The position numbers and the translations under genes were made by a program. From Pelomyxa schiedti (Eukaryota; Protista; Evosea), in assembly GCA_020536535.1 (NCBI GenBank), contig JAHLWZ010000813.1:54158-118157 (forward strand): 64,000 bases of DNA. The letters run 5' to 3'. The stretch's first letter is position 1; the number at the start of each line of letters is the position of its first letter. Positions 34,701 to 48,982 of this stretch are shown here, in pieces. The notes under the pieces were generated by a model that was given only the letters and a program-made list of their open reading frames with translations, did no database searches and had not been told where the DNA came from.

Positions 34701-35196
34701 TCCCCCCAACAGGCATTCCCTCCACTTCCACATAAGGATACAGAGTTTTCCACACTCCAGAAAACATCTCTCTATAGTAGTTGCTCTGCTCAATAAAAAC
34801 TAGGTACGAAGCGGAACAGTTGCAAACCAGCTCTGTGCTATTAGAACCCCATAACTCCAGTGCCTGGTTTTTATCTGCCCCCCATGCCCAGTCCAGTGTT
34901 ACCTCTGGGGAATTTTGGTCAAAGTGAACCACTCTCTCATCGCTTCCAACTTCATCACTCACAAAGTCACTCTGCACAACACCACATTCCGCAACTACAG
35001 CACCAACCACCTCTTCTGTGGCTTGTGATTTCCCAGCAGTGTCAGAAGCCCTCACAGTGGCTGAAAATCCAATGCAGCTGCTACTGTTACCAACTTCAGA
35101 CTCACTTGCAGCACCAGGCACAATCAACAATAGGAACACATGCCAGAATAGACACATAGTAGACCAGAAGTTTACATTAGGGGCTGCCAGCAACAT
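31740..35196 (-). CDS. Single-pass receptor TKL kinase: signal peptide, EGF/EGF/CUB ectodomain, TM, Ig/MSP-like juxtamembrane domain, kinase
   Basis: Signal peptide MCLFWHVFLLLIVPGAAS, EGF and CUB motifs, TM MIFGIASLLFLLLLCACCVGVFLF, ASGSFG, AVK, spliced YRDLKCDN, DFG, GTPTFMAPE, DVYSFG. Start could be 35157, 35196 or 35253. Confidence 0.88.
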
Positions 35197-35383
35197 CACC
35201 TGGCGTTTTTGTTTGGTTTTTAATTGGCCTTGATAAGATCGGCTCAGAACCATTTTTAGGTGTCAATCCCGTACACGGAACACGGGAATTCGAGATTCCA
35301 GTAATGCAGTTAGTTCCTTCCAGGATAGTACTAGAAAAACTGAAAACGAGGCTTGTTTGTTGGAACACGGCACTGCATAGCAA

Positions 35384-38300
35384 ATGTCGTCATTGTCGAG
35401 AGCAGCAGCGTTTCTGCTACTGTTTTCCAGTCTCATTTTTGGCATAATTTGGGGCCAGTCAGAAGACTTTGTACAGCCGGCACCGCAACAACATAATTAT
35501 GGAACGAGGAGTGCAAGATATACTACGTCCGGGGAGTACTGCCTAAATGTGTGGACCACGGTACCAGTCTACGATGGCCAGTGGCCACCATCGATTGTAA
35601 TGACGTACGACTACCCCGTCGTGGACTGTGGCGTCGTGGGCGCGACATTTCAGGAAGATTTCAGGGGGTACCACTGTTTCCCTGATTTCCCACAACTGCA
35701 ATTCGTGTGGTGGCTGTCGCCGGTGCCTCCTGCGGGTAACGTGAGCGAGGTGCCTTCGGACGTGTACTTTGCGGAAGACGAATTGCACGTATTAAAGTTA
35801 TGGGACGCAGTAGAAGGATCACAACAGGACATCAGGCAAGTTGTTTTCTTTTTTATTTTTTGTGAAGACTTGAGTTTGTGTAACAGGCCACATTATGTAG
35901 GTCTTTTTTCACTGTCTCTGGTCTTGAGGACACATCAGTGGTACCTAGTGAAGATTACCCTGGAGAGTTTTCAATTTCAATGACCTGTATGGAAAATGCA
36001 CTTGTTGCAGCTTCTGTGGGTATCTCGTTCTCAATGCCGTCCCTGGAGCCAACTCTTCCTTCCTCCACTTTTTTCTCCGCTAAATGGAGGTGCCTGCCCC
36101 CTAAATGCACTCCGGCTTGTGAGTTGCATGGCTCTTGCATTGTTGGCACTTGCTTCTGTGATGATGGATGGCACGGTACTTCCTGTGAGATATTCATTGC
36201 TGTAAACTTGCTGTTGTGCCCAGGCGATGAAATAGTTTTCAACTATTCTATTCCGTGTGTTATTTTCGACTCCTTCTCTGTCTCACTTCCTATGCAGGAT
36301 GGAGATTGATGGTATTCCTGGTGCTGGAAACCTTCTTTCCTATGTAATTGCCTCCGAGTGGCTGATTGATCAAAGATATTTTTTGACTTGGAGCATCACA
36401 ACCCCATATCAGATAGCGCCAAATTGGAATCAAAACTACTCTGGGATTGGAATATCCCCCGCCTTCTTATCCCCAGGGGTCTATCTGATGAACTTGCTAT
36501 CTTCCAGTGGGACAGTGTTTGAAACATTGTGGTTTGAGGTTTTTGGCTGGGAGGAGTGTGGTTACTATGACGCAGTATGTGGCTCAGGTTACAGCAACGA
36601 CTGTAATCTAGACTCCAGCAGAGGGTACTGCGACTCTACTTACGGGGAGTGTAATTGCTTCTCAGGAAGTTTCTGGTACGACTGCAGTCGTGGATGCCCA
36701 GATGAGACTGTGCACCTGACAAACTCAAGTGCTGAAGTTTGGTCAGATTATCCAGTTTCTCACCTCTACAGTGATACAAGATTGGTGATTCAGAGCCATT
36801 GTTCTTGGCTCATTGAGCCAGCGAATGACTATGACGAAATCATCATTTCCTTCCCCTACTTCAAACTTGAATCAGGGACACTGACTCTCGAGACTACAGA
36901 AGGCGAGCTCATTGGATCAGTATCTGGGGACTCCCCCGCACCGTTCATTGTCGGAAAAGTAAAAGTGTTCATCCAATTGGATACTATCAGGTCAAGCTAT
37001 GGGTTTGTATTCAACTACACCACAAGACAAGTCCCTCTTTCCGCAGTTGCAAAAGCGTTCATCGGCGTGGCTTCCATCTTTGTTGGAGTCTGTATCACTG
37101 CTGGAGCCTGTGTAGTTGCTCTCTGTATCGCCAGGCACTTCAGAAAACGAGCAGAATTCTTGAACAACCTTCAAGCTGAAACCCTGGAACCTCTGTCTCC
37201 TCAACAGATTGAGGAGTTTGTGGCATCAAGCAGTTCTCTTGATCACCTTGGGATTCAGATTGACAAAACTCGCATTCGATTCGGTCTTGAGGATGGGGCC
37301 TCGTGTTCCATAGGAAGTGAATTGTATGAAGATTTGGAAATAGAGAACCGGTATCATCCTTAACATCCTGTCATGTTTAAAATTATCCCTGTGACAGGTC
37401 AGGGGGGATGATTGCTTATTCTTTGTTTGCTCCAACTCAGCAAAAGGGTTTGTCAATCAAAATAACTCCAGGCCGTGGTATCATACCCAGTCACACTGCA
37501 GTAACAATTTCTATTGAAGCAACGATGAACTTCACTACACACTTTTTCAACGTCCTCAGAATTGATGCATACAATGTATGGTCTCTTAAAGAAGCGATTT
37601 CATTGTGGAATACTCCTCGTGAGGAAAGAACAGCGATGGGGTCTGTGTGGTTACCCATCAATTTGGAGGGCTCTCTATCTGATAGAATTGACCCAGAAGA
37701 AGTTTTTTTAGAACCCACTCTTTTTGCTGGGGCAGGTTATGGGTAAACAGACTCGCAAGATTTTTTGGACTTTCTCAATACTTCAGGTCAGTATTCCGCG
37801 GGATATATAGATCACAATCAGTTGCAGTTAAAATCCCAAACCATCAAGAAGGATACGGTGAAGCAGAGATGAGGCATTTCGAGAATGAATGTGCTTTAAT
37901 GAAACACCTCAAACATCCTTGTATTATCTCATTTATTGGTGCTTCCCATGTGAGAGGTATTTACTTCTATTAGTAGTTCAAATCCATTGAGTTGTGAGAG
38001 GAAAACTTTGTATTTTGACGGAACTGGCCGAGAAGGGCACTCTTAGTGACTTCCTGGAATCTAGTGCTTCCATTTCCTACTTCCTTTTGATCAAATTTGC
38101 ACTTGATATAGCACAGGCCATGGGATTCTTGCACGAGAACAAAATCATGTTTAGTATGTTATCTAATGCAATATGAGTGTTTAACCCCAAAACAGGGGAC
38201 CTAAAATGCAGCAATGTTCTCCTTGTCTCCACATCAGAACAGTCCCCCGTGTGCTGCAAACTAACAGGTAGAATTTGGTTACTTTTATGTAGTTACTGCT

Positions 38301-39022
38301 GAAAATACCGTAAGATTTCGGCTCGGCCCGCACTGTGGAAGATACAGGTATGAAACAAACACAAGTCAAATGATGACTCACAATCATCCAGATTTTCTCA
38401 GTTCTTACACACGCGTGGGTACTTTTATTTACATGGCATGTTGTCCCCACAGTTTACCCTTCAATCACCCACCCCAAGGCCCCTGAGGTCATCACTGCAA
38501 GTCCCTACAACTCCAAAGTATGTTTTCTGTAGAAAACCACATTTCAAATACTAAAGTACAAAAAAAAAAGGCAGATACTTTCAACTTTGGTATGTTACTG
38601 TGGGAAATGTTTGCCCGAAAGAAGCCATGGCTGGGCTTGATAATTTGGGACATCGCCAAAAAGGTGCTTGTCAAACTTTACAACAACCATAAATAACAAC
38701 AAAACCAAAGGTTAGCAAAGGGGAAAGGCCAGAATTTTCAAGTCAGTTTCCAGACTGTGTAGTTAAGCTCATTCAGAAGTGCTGGGCACAAAGCCATACT
38801 GAAAGACCTACTTTTTATCAGATAATCAACACGCTTGGTGGGATCAGGGACTCCATTTCTCCCTCTGGATGTGTGTTGCCCCATGATAACTCACCCACAA
38901 CAGTACGCAGTAATAAGTTGCGTGATTGTGTTGTGGATTCATCATCCAAGGGCAAAGAAAAGAGTGACAGGAGTGACGATGAGGGGGTGGAGATGGAGGT
39001 GTTGAATACACATGGGAGGTGA
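35384..39022 (+). CDS. Single-pass receptor TKL kinase, paralogue of the divergent neighbour
   Basis: Signal peptide MSSLSRAAAFLLLFSSLIFGIIWG, EGF (CELHGSCIVGTCFCDDGWHGTSC), CUB, TM FIGVASIFVGVCITAGACVVALCI, VAVK, spliced FRDLKCSN, DFG, GTFIYMAPE. Confidence 0.88.
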
Positions 39023-39058
39023 AAGCAGGTTGTTTAAGTTTGTACTTCTAAGAAACAA

Positions 39059-40791
<1,733 letters not shown>

Positions 40792-40858
40792 TTCTCAGTG
40801 TGCTTCGCCAACACAAGAGATCTGTGATTGAGACGAAAAGAGTTCGGCTTTCTTTTTG

Positions 40859-43800
40859 ATGGGGGTGAAAGGTACACGCCACGTAGTTGTGTGGTCGTAT
40901 TTGTTGTGCAAGATACGAAAGGCGTTTCTCTCGTGTTTTTTTCCCCACTTTGCTTATTTCTGCCACTTTTAGGTCTCAAGAAGGCACTGAGCTCGTATGG
41001 CTTGTGCCAGCACATCGAGTTCACTCAGAGACCACGTGGGCAACCCCTAATGCCGTTGCTGGTGGACGGCTGTGCCATGATCAGGAAGTTCGCTCCCCCG
41101 TCGTCGAGCTGGCCGTCCTACATCCAGATAGCAAAGCGCGTGGCGCGCTTCGTGAACACGATGAGGAGATTTGGGTTCAGGCTGATTGTTGTGATCGACG
41201 GCGGCGTGGATCTGGAGAAGAGGGGAGTGTGGGAACAAAGGAGGCGCGAGGAGGCCAGGCACCTGGCCCTTTCGTATAGTCTGATAACCGGCGAAAAGCT
41301 GTGCACTGTCTCGGCAACCGGCGACGAACCGCAATTGTGGGACGAGGATTACGATGACGATGATGACGGAGAGGACAACAACAACAACAGCAACAACAGC
41401 CTGGATGATAACGACAACGACGGCGACGAGGAGGAGGAGGCGTCGCCCGACAAGGATGGAGAGTGTCGACCTGGAGAAGAGAGTCCCTGTGTGGAAATTG
41501 TAGCGGAAACTCCCCCAGAAAACCCTGCCATCGGCGATGTTGATGGTCGCCTTGAAGGTAGCGATATATATCCTGTGTGTTGCGCCGTTCCTTCTGTTCC
41601 TCTGGCTCCTTCCTTGCAGACCAGACGTATGTTTTCTTATGGATCCTACTTCGCATATTGATTGTTTCACAAAGAAGAAGAAGAGTTGCCTTCCCAACAG
41701 CAACAGCAACAGCAACTACAATTACAACCAGACACACCGCCTCTTGTGCAAATTGCAAATCAAACACCTACGGTCCAAGTGGATAAGGCTGGAACAGAAC
41801 CCATAGCCTTGATTCCAAGTTGTGATCACTTGCCAGACCCCACTCCAATTACTACGGCACCGGCACCCACCATCCAAGCAGTGGGACTACAACAAATCCA
41901 AACAAACCCACAGTATGACACACACATTTGTAGGCATTGTGCATCTCAACACAACACAGTGCTACACCTCCCTAAAAAACTGTGGGTTACCCCTGAGTCC
42001 ATAAGGGTTGCACTTTATGAAAGTTTCAAAGCTACTGGGTGCAAAGTATTTTTGACTTCTTTAAAAAAAATACATTATTAATCCACCTAAGGTCATCTTC
42101 TCTGTTGCAGGAGCAGATAGAGAGGCAGCCTCCCTATGCATTTCTGAGGGTTGTTATGGTGTCTTGTCTTGCGATACGGATTTCCTTCTATTCCCGGGTG
42201 TTGTGCGATGGTTGGACTCTTCTACATTGAGGGAGCGGAATCAATCACTTTTTGTTGACCTCTATGAACAGTAGTACTTTGCGCTCTTATAAAAGGTAAT
42301 TGATGAAATTAGATCCCAACTGTGCCAGTGCTTAGGACTTAGTGCTCACCACCTTCCTCTGTTATCCGTTTTGAAGGGAAATGACTTCTTCAGTAGCACT
42401 CAACTTCTCTTAACGATTGGTGGCAGCATTAGAAAGCTTGCCGATTTTGCCGCTTCGTGTGGGGCATATGATGTTATTCAATTTGCTTCAAGCCATCCCC
42501 TACTTGCACATTTTGGCTCTGCTATTAAGAACGCTCTTATCTTATCAATGCCTTTATCCCCTCAGGATGCACTCCAATCTACACTCTCTCCAAAAATCCC
42601 ACCATCAATGTGGGAGGCCCTTTCATCTTTTGATACTCCTCCCATGATCCGTTCAATGTGTCAAGGCTCCTACTTCAAGGGTCCTCTGTTTGAAGTACCC
42701 AATCGTCCTTCAATAAGCGAAATTACCCGCCCAATAAGACAAGCTATCTGTAATTTTGCTTTGACTGCTGGCTCTATTGTCCATGACATTACTATTTCTG
42801 TAAAGGGTACTTTTCAAGCAAGGTTTTTTCTTTTTTAATCGCACACAGAGTTGAGAGTTGTGGAAGTAGATTTAGTTTCAACTGGTGAATCTCAAAGTGC
42901 ACAATCGCTGGAGCAATTACTTTCAATTCTCTCAATTTCCCACGTTCTCCCTGTTGTTAATCGTCTGATGCTTCTTCCATGTGGGAATTGCGTTGCTGCT
43001 GTTGTCATCGCAGTTGCTTATCTTTTGAGGCGGGATCACCTGGATTTGTGTGCTGCAGTTGCCCTTATAGCTCAAGCGATTGTCACTGCGTTTCCTTCAC
43101 TACTAGAACTCACTTATACACCTGAAATTGGATCATGCCTAAAACCTAGGCCTCTGTGCCCAATGCACATGTACTCTTCAGCATTATTTCTGTACTCCCT
43201 GTCTTCATTGAAAGAGCTCAATTGGGCACTGGGAAGGCCAATTGGTCCTATTTTCACATGGAAGACTTTTGATGGGAGGCTATTTTCCAATTTAATCTGG
43301 TGGTGGCATGATTGTGAAAGTGAGGTGAGGCAAGAAGATAGAAGAGAAAATCCTGATGAGGATATTCCACAATGTTTTTCCGATGTACTGAAACTGTCAA
43401 GCAATCTATGTGTTCTTCTGAAGAAAATTTCATTAGAACCCCAAAGTGTGAATGATTGTCTGATGGAGTTGGACAAGTACTGTAACACAAGTGTTTCAGT
43501 TTACACAGAACGTTCTTCTGTCGGTTCTGAACCAAAAGTTTTCCCCCAAACCATTCATGTCACAAAAATTTTCCACAGTACAGAAACGCAATCTTACAAA
43601 TACCAACAAAGCCTGCTATCACCCGCGTTTCAAAGCAAGCAACCCCCCCAGTCCCAGTCCCAGTCGCAGTCCCAATCCCAATCCCAAGCCCAGCCTCAAA
43701 ACCCACAACCTCAATCACAGTACCGCCAAGCGCCTCAGAATCAACCACCTCAAATTACGCTTTATTCTCAAACCCAAATACCAGCACAGTTCCAATCGAC

Positions 43801-44488
43801 CCACCAACCGCGGGAACCACAGCCGCCACCGTGCCAAATCACACCGCAGCCGCAACCACCACGGTTCAAAATAACATACCAGCCACAACAGCAGGCCCAG
43901 CCACGGTTCCAACCACCCCCACCTCAGTACTTCCAAACACCACACTACCAACCACAATTACACCCTATGACACAGTCACCATCCCCGATATTGACCCAAC
44001 CAGTGCAGTTCCAGCAGTACCAACAAACCCAATTCAATTTCCAGCCGCCGCAATCGCAACCACAACCACAAACACAGACACAGCCACAACAACAATGGCA
44101 GTGTTTAGTCACACCAGCCCAATACCAAATGCACCCTCCAAACACTGCATACCCACTACAACTACAGCAACCACAGCAACAACAACACCAGAACACAGCA
44201 CGCTACCTTGCACAGAATCCCACCAACCCCAGAAGCAAAAGCCTAAACCGGAGTTGGCCTATTCCTGGTGCCCCACCACTGACCCACATCAACAAGCACA
44301 ACCCCAACCCTGTTCCACAGCATATATCCTCTTCTTCTGGCAGTGTTCCCTTCTTCCGGAACGCCCAACCACAGCCCCTCCTCACTGACCCTAGATACTA
44401 CATAACTACTCCACAACAACCACAATACCCTCCCCAGAGCAACTACAGCTGCCATTACAGCAGTTCCACTCTGCCCTACTACTACTAA
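40859..44488 (+). CDS. FAM120/Asteroid-like PIN (XPG-fold) protein with an acidic insertion and a long Q/P-rich tail
   Basis: Spliced MGVKGL start, LLVDG, LIVVIDGG...K..VW..RR, ADREAA..C....CYGVLSCDTDF, LLSVLKGNDF. About 300 aa of Q/P low complexity at the C-terminus. Confidence 0.78.
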
Positions 44489-44680
44489 AAAAACAAAAGA
44501 AAAAGGGTCTTTCGTAAATGGCGAAGCCCACCCACAGTTTTTAGGCTGTGTGGATTTATTGTGTTGTTTCTGTCTCTGATTCCAATACATAGGTAGATAC
44601 AGTGGTTATGAAGTTGAATGAGTTGTACAGTCAAGAGCATGTGTGCCCTCTCATAATAGAGCCAACATGAGTGATTATCA

Positions 44681-47600
44681 TCACTTGTCTCCATCAGTGG
44701 AAAGTGCTGCAGAGGGTGAATTTTGAGCCCGTTGCCAACTCTGTAGGTTGTTCCTCACGTTTGTCATTATGGTTTCTTCCAACTGTGGGACAACTTGCAC
44801 AAAAACTGTGGCAAACGGCATTATCACAAACTCGATAAAGGCACCCTGGCATTTCGGTACTTTCTGTGTCGGGTTATTATGGGTTAGTTTGTATGAGAAA
44901 GGGGACTAACATTTGAGGACCGGTCCATGAACGGTGAAACGGGCAAATTTCGGCGTTTTTCTTCATCGCCTTGTCTGAAGAATTCCTGTAGGGATTGGTT
45001 GTTGGTTACGGTAAATAGAGAAGTAGGAAGGACGAAGGATGGGTTACTACACACTTCCATGATTCTTTGTGCCCAAACAGATGCTGTGGACCAACAGCGG
45101 GACGGATTATTCACATCGGCGTATTTGATGAAAAGTTGTAAGGTGAGCTCTCGATCCGATTTTTTACTGTAATCCATCTTTCCCCCAGATGCGACTTTGG
45201 CTTTGAACTGTCCCAGAAGCTCAACATGTTTTGCCATATCTGGAAAAAGTGTGAGTAAAAACGGATCGAACAAAGCAGGTAATGTTGACCTGTGGAAAGT
45301 ACCAGTGTAGTCACAAGGCGGTGAAACTCTATTTGTTGGGCCTAAAGTGCATTAGACTATCAGCAAGGGTTGAGTTCTTATAGTTTACCTTATCCCAGGA
45401 AGACAAAAAATTGGTTTCGGGACTGCCAAATAAAACTTTAAAGGCTTCAGCGGCATGCATGTTTTCTAGTATAGAAATCCCGTTATATCGAAGAGCTATT
45501 CTATCGAAAGTTGTCTGAAGGAAATTGTTGTTGACCCCAGGGTGCTTGAAGTCTGTACAGTTTATCAACTTTACCTAATTTCCGTTCACCAACCATGTAT
45601 GGCACAGGCAAATATTCCTGCAAATACTTCCAGATCTGTAAAAATCCCCAAACCAAGAGACTTGATAAATATATGTAAGGCCTGAGCGACATCGGCTGCG
45701 TGCACTGCGCAATGGTATCTGCAACTGGTCAGAAACAGTAAATGTCAACAAAGTCTAGGTTACGGATTGTCAAAGTAGCCAAGGCTGATTTTCTTCAAGA
45801 AATTATCTACTTTTTCTTTATCAATGGTAAGCTTCGCAAATAGGTCATATTGCTCCAAAATTTCCATGATAACCAAACAGAAGGCTATAGCTTAATAGAA
45901 ATTAATTGGTAGAGAAATACCATGATGCCTCACCTGGAGGTTGTTGAACGCACAAAACGTTAAAATCCCAGGAATCTAATTTCAACGCCTTTCCACTTTT
46001 ATCATGTTGTTTCAATTCCTTGCTAAGTACGGTGAGGAAAAAAAAAAACGAAAATCAGGACTAACCCCAACTCCCTGCCCATTGAGCTGGAGCTCAATGA
46101 CTTAGAAAGAGAGCGTTGTTCCATTTCTCTTTCATCACTATTATATCGCAGTAGTGTGGTTGTTAGGAAGTGATCAACTTCAGTATCCAAAGCTATAATT
46201 TATTCATCAGATTCAAAGGAAAAAACATTACAGTAACATACACACAAGCCCCATCTGTTTTTTTGAGATATAATCTGCTTTGTATAGTTTATTAGAAGCC
46301 ACTAAACCAATAACTTCAGAGAGGGCAAGATGATCTTCAGCAGTGATTTCTGGGTGAAATTACAAATGCGTGCCAAAGAAACAAAGAAATACTTTTGTGC
46401 TTGTTAATGGCCATAAGCTTTTGAACAACAAGTTCGGCTGGCGTGCCCATTAAATTTTGGGATGGCGCATTAATTAGACCCATTTGTGTTTCTAAATCCT
46501 GAACCTACAAAGAGCTGTATTAGATATTTTTTCATTTTTTTTGGAAAGCACCTGTGCTCTTGTTCTAAGTAGGACACTCCAACTGACGAGAACGACGATT
46601 CCAGTTACAAAGAGAACTGGTAAAGCCACACCAATCACAACCTTCCATGTATTTTGCTTCAAAATAAAAGAGGCCTCAGGCTGAAATACCATCAGCACCC
46701 AAGGTGTGTTCGAGACTTAAATTTAGTTTGTTAGCTTCATCTGTACCTGATGTGGAGATTACTTGCCTTGTTCAACAAAAACCAAGTATGCAGTGCCACT
46801 AATCACCATTTTCCCCCAATTTGTCCCTGGAACCTTGATCCTTGTTGATATTTGCATGCGTGACATGTGATGGTACACACAATTTGATAAGAGTCAATTG
46901 TACTATTTTGCAGGTAGTAGACATCACTAGATTTATTGAATTCAGCCCCAAATAAAACCCGGAACCCTAACTGCGAGCCTCCAATAACAGCACCTTGGTT
47001 GGTGAACAACATGGCAAATTCTTTTGAAACAGTGAATTCGCAAGTCAAACTCCAAAAAATCTCACGATCTTCATCATAACTATGATCCTCAAGGGTATTC
47101 ACAGTTTCTTCAATTGTTAGACCCACATAACATCCAGCAACAAAGTGGTCTTCATAATAAGAAGGGGAACAAATAGAGACCCTGAGATCTGGGAAAAAAT
47201 TACTAACACCCAAGAGGAATGTAATGGCTTTACCATCTGTTGCTTCATTTTTTATGGGAACTGAGAAAGCTACCTCTCGGGTTGGGTTGGTACTGGGTTC
47301 GCATAAAGATGAAGACTCAGACCCACCCATAGACCAAAAGAGCTGGGGAAGGGATGCATTCATAAACGCAAATGATTTAAACCCCGAAAAAAGATATCTA
47401 AAGTTCGTTTTTACACAGTAAAAACTGTAGAAGAAAAACGAACCTGCCCCACTCAAGTTTCCCAGAGTTCCGTGTGATATATAGCGTGTCTATCTGAGAA
47501 AATACTGTGAAGACACCTGGAGCCATCCCTTCCAATAATCTTGATTCCTCAAAGCCATCTCTTATTTCACAAAAATTTACACATGGAGTGCAAACTCCTT

Positions 47601-48356
47601 GTCCTTTTCAAGCCTGAGAATCGAACACAAAGAAGATGTGTCATAACAAGGGAAAACATACCGGGGAAGGTGGCGTTACAGAACAATTCCCATTCCACAG
47701 GTGCGCACTCACACGTCTCCCCAGGTGTTATTGCTTCGGGTGAAACCAAATTAGGTTGCGCATAAAACTTTGTGGGGTCTCAGATGTTATGAACAAGTGT
47801 CTCAGCCATACCTCTGAGAGGCGATCCGAACGCAAATCAACAAGGACTCCAAAGGCATAAGGCCACGGAGTATGCGCGGCCATCTCAGCCGTTAAGTAGG
47901 TTAGTGACAACACTGAGGGGTCATTTGCCTGTGTCCATCCATTTGCGTATGCAGCCGCCACTGACTCGGCGGTGAGCTTAAGGGTCTGGTAGCACGTTTA
48001 CAACAGAGCCAGATAAGAATACGCATAACACAACACGAAACGAAAGGCGAGATTCAGTACCGTCACTACTGAGCCATAAAGATTATTCAAGGAGGAGGCA
48101 AAAAGTATTGTTTCTGTGGATGTCTGTGACACTTTGTCCCTTTTTTTTTTTTTGGAAGAAAAACCCTACTGTTAGGAAACCGAACGAACAGTGATTGTTT
48201 ATATTGTGTATTGTTTGCTGACTAGGGGATCATATGTGGTATTGTTGTGAAAAAAAAATAATACAAGTTTAATTTGGTTTCAACTGGGGATAGTAGGAAA
48301 AGCACTAGTAGTGGTAACAATATTTGTGGTCTTAGTATACGGCACGAGGTTGTCAT
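44681..48356 (-). CDS. Single-pass receptor-type class I PDE with a Cache-like ectodomain
   Basis: Signal peptide MTTSCRILRPQILLPLLVLFLLSPVET. TM VVIGVALPVLFVTGIVVLVSWSVLL. PDE motifs YHCAVHAADV, HDFKHPGVNNNFL, LENMHAA, LSTDMAKH, KYADVNNP, EEFFRQGD, KCQGAFIEFV. Confidence 0.82.
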
Positions 48357-48982
48357 GGTTATAACTTCACTCCTGCTCAACAACGAGAAAAGGGGATTTT
48401 TTCCTTTCTGTTTTGGGCTCTTGTTTGTTGTTTGAAGAACCCCCTTCTCCGTTTTGTACTCCCCCTGTGAAAAAACATGCGCTAAAAAGGCAAGTTTTCG
48501 CTGTTCACCTCCAAACCGATGCGAACTTTCTCAATAAGTAAGGGGAGTGCGTGCCCTTTCTCCCATGTAAGCTTACACAAAAAATCAACCCAAGCTCACT
48601 TGGCAAACACCAGACCGCCGATCCTGAGCGATGACAACGAAAATGACAGCGTTCCGGTCTGTTGATTATTTTATTCAGCCACTTGGTGATGGTGGGTTAG
48701 GTCCATACTTCTTATTGAGATACGTGGGGAGATCTCTGTTACGGATCCTAGTGAGTATAGCCATGCTCTTGGAACCCACAAATCTTGTAAGTGTTGGAGT
48801 TTGGTGAGGGTTCCGGAGTTCGAAAAAAAGTTGTAGTCGCTCAAGACAAAGACCACAAGAAAGATCCTCTTACCGCCACCTTCCTCTTTCCTTTCGTTGC
48901 AGCTTTCCTCGTCACTGCATTGCTTTTCACCCCTCCAGACTCGGACTTGGTTTTCCCCAAAGAGAGGAAATTAAACAAGGTG

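Noticed and set aside
48693-48700. CCTAACCC on the minus strand as a telomerase RNA template
   Set aside because: An 8-mer is expected by chance in 64 kb, and I could not identify a pseudoknot or other supporting element.
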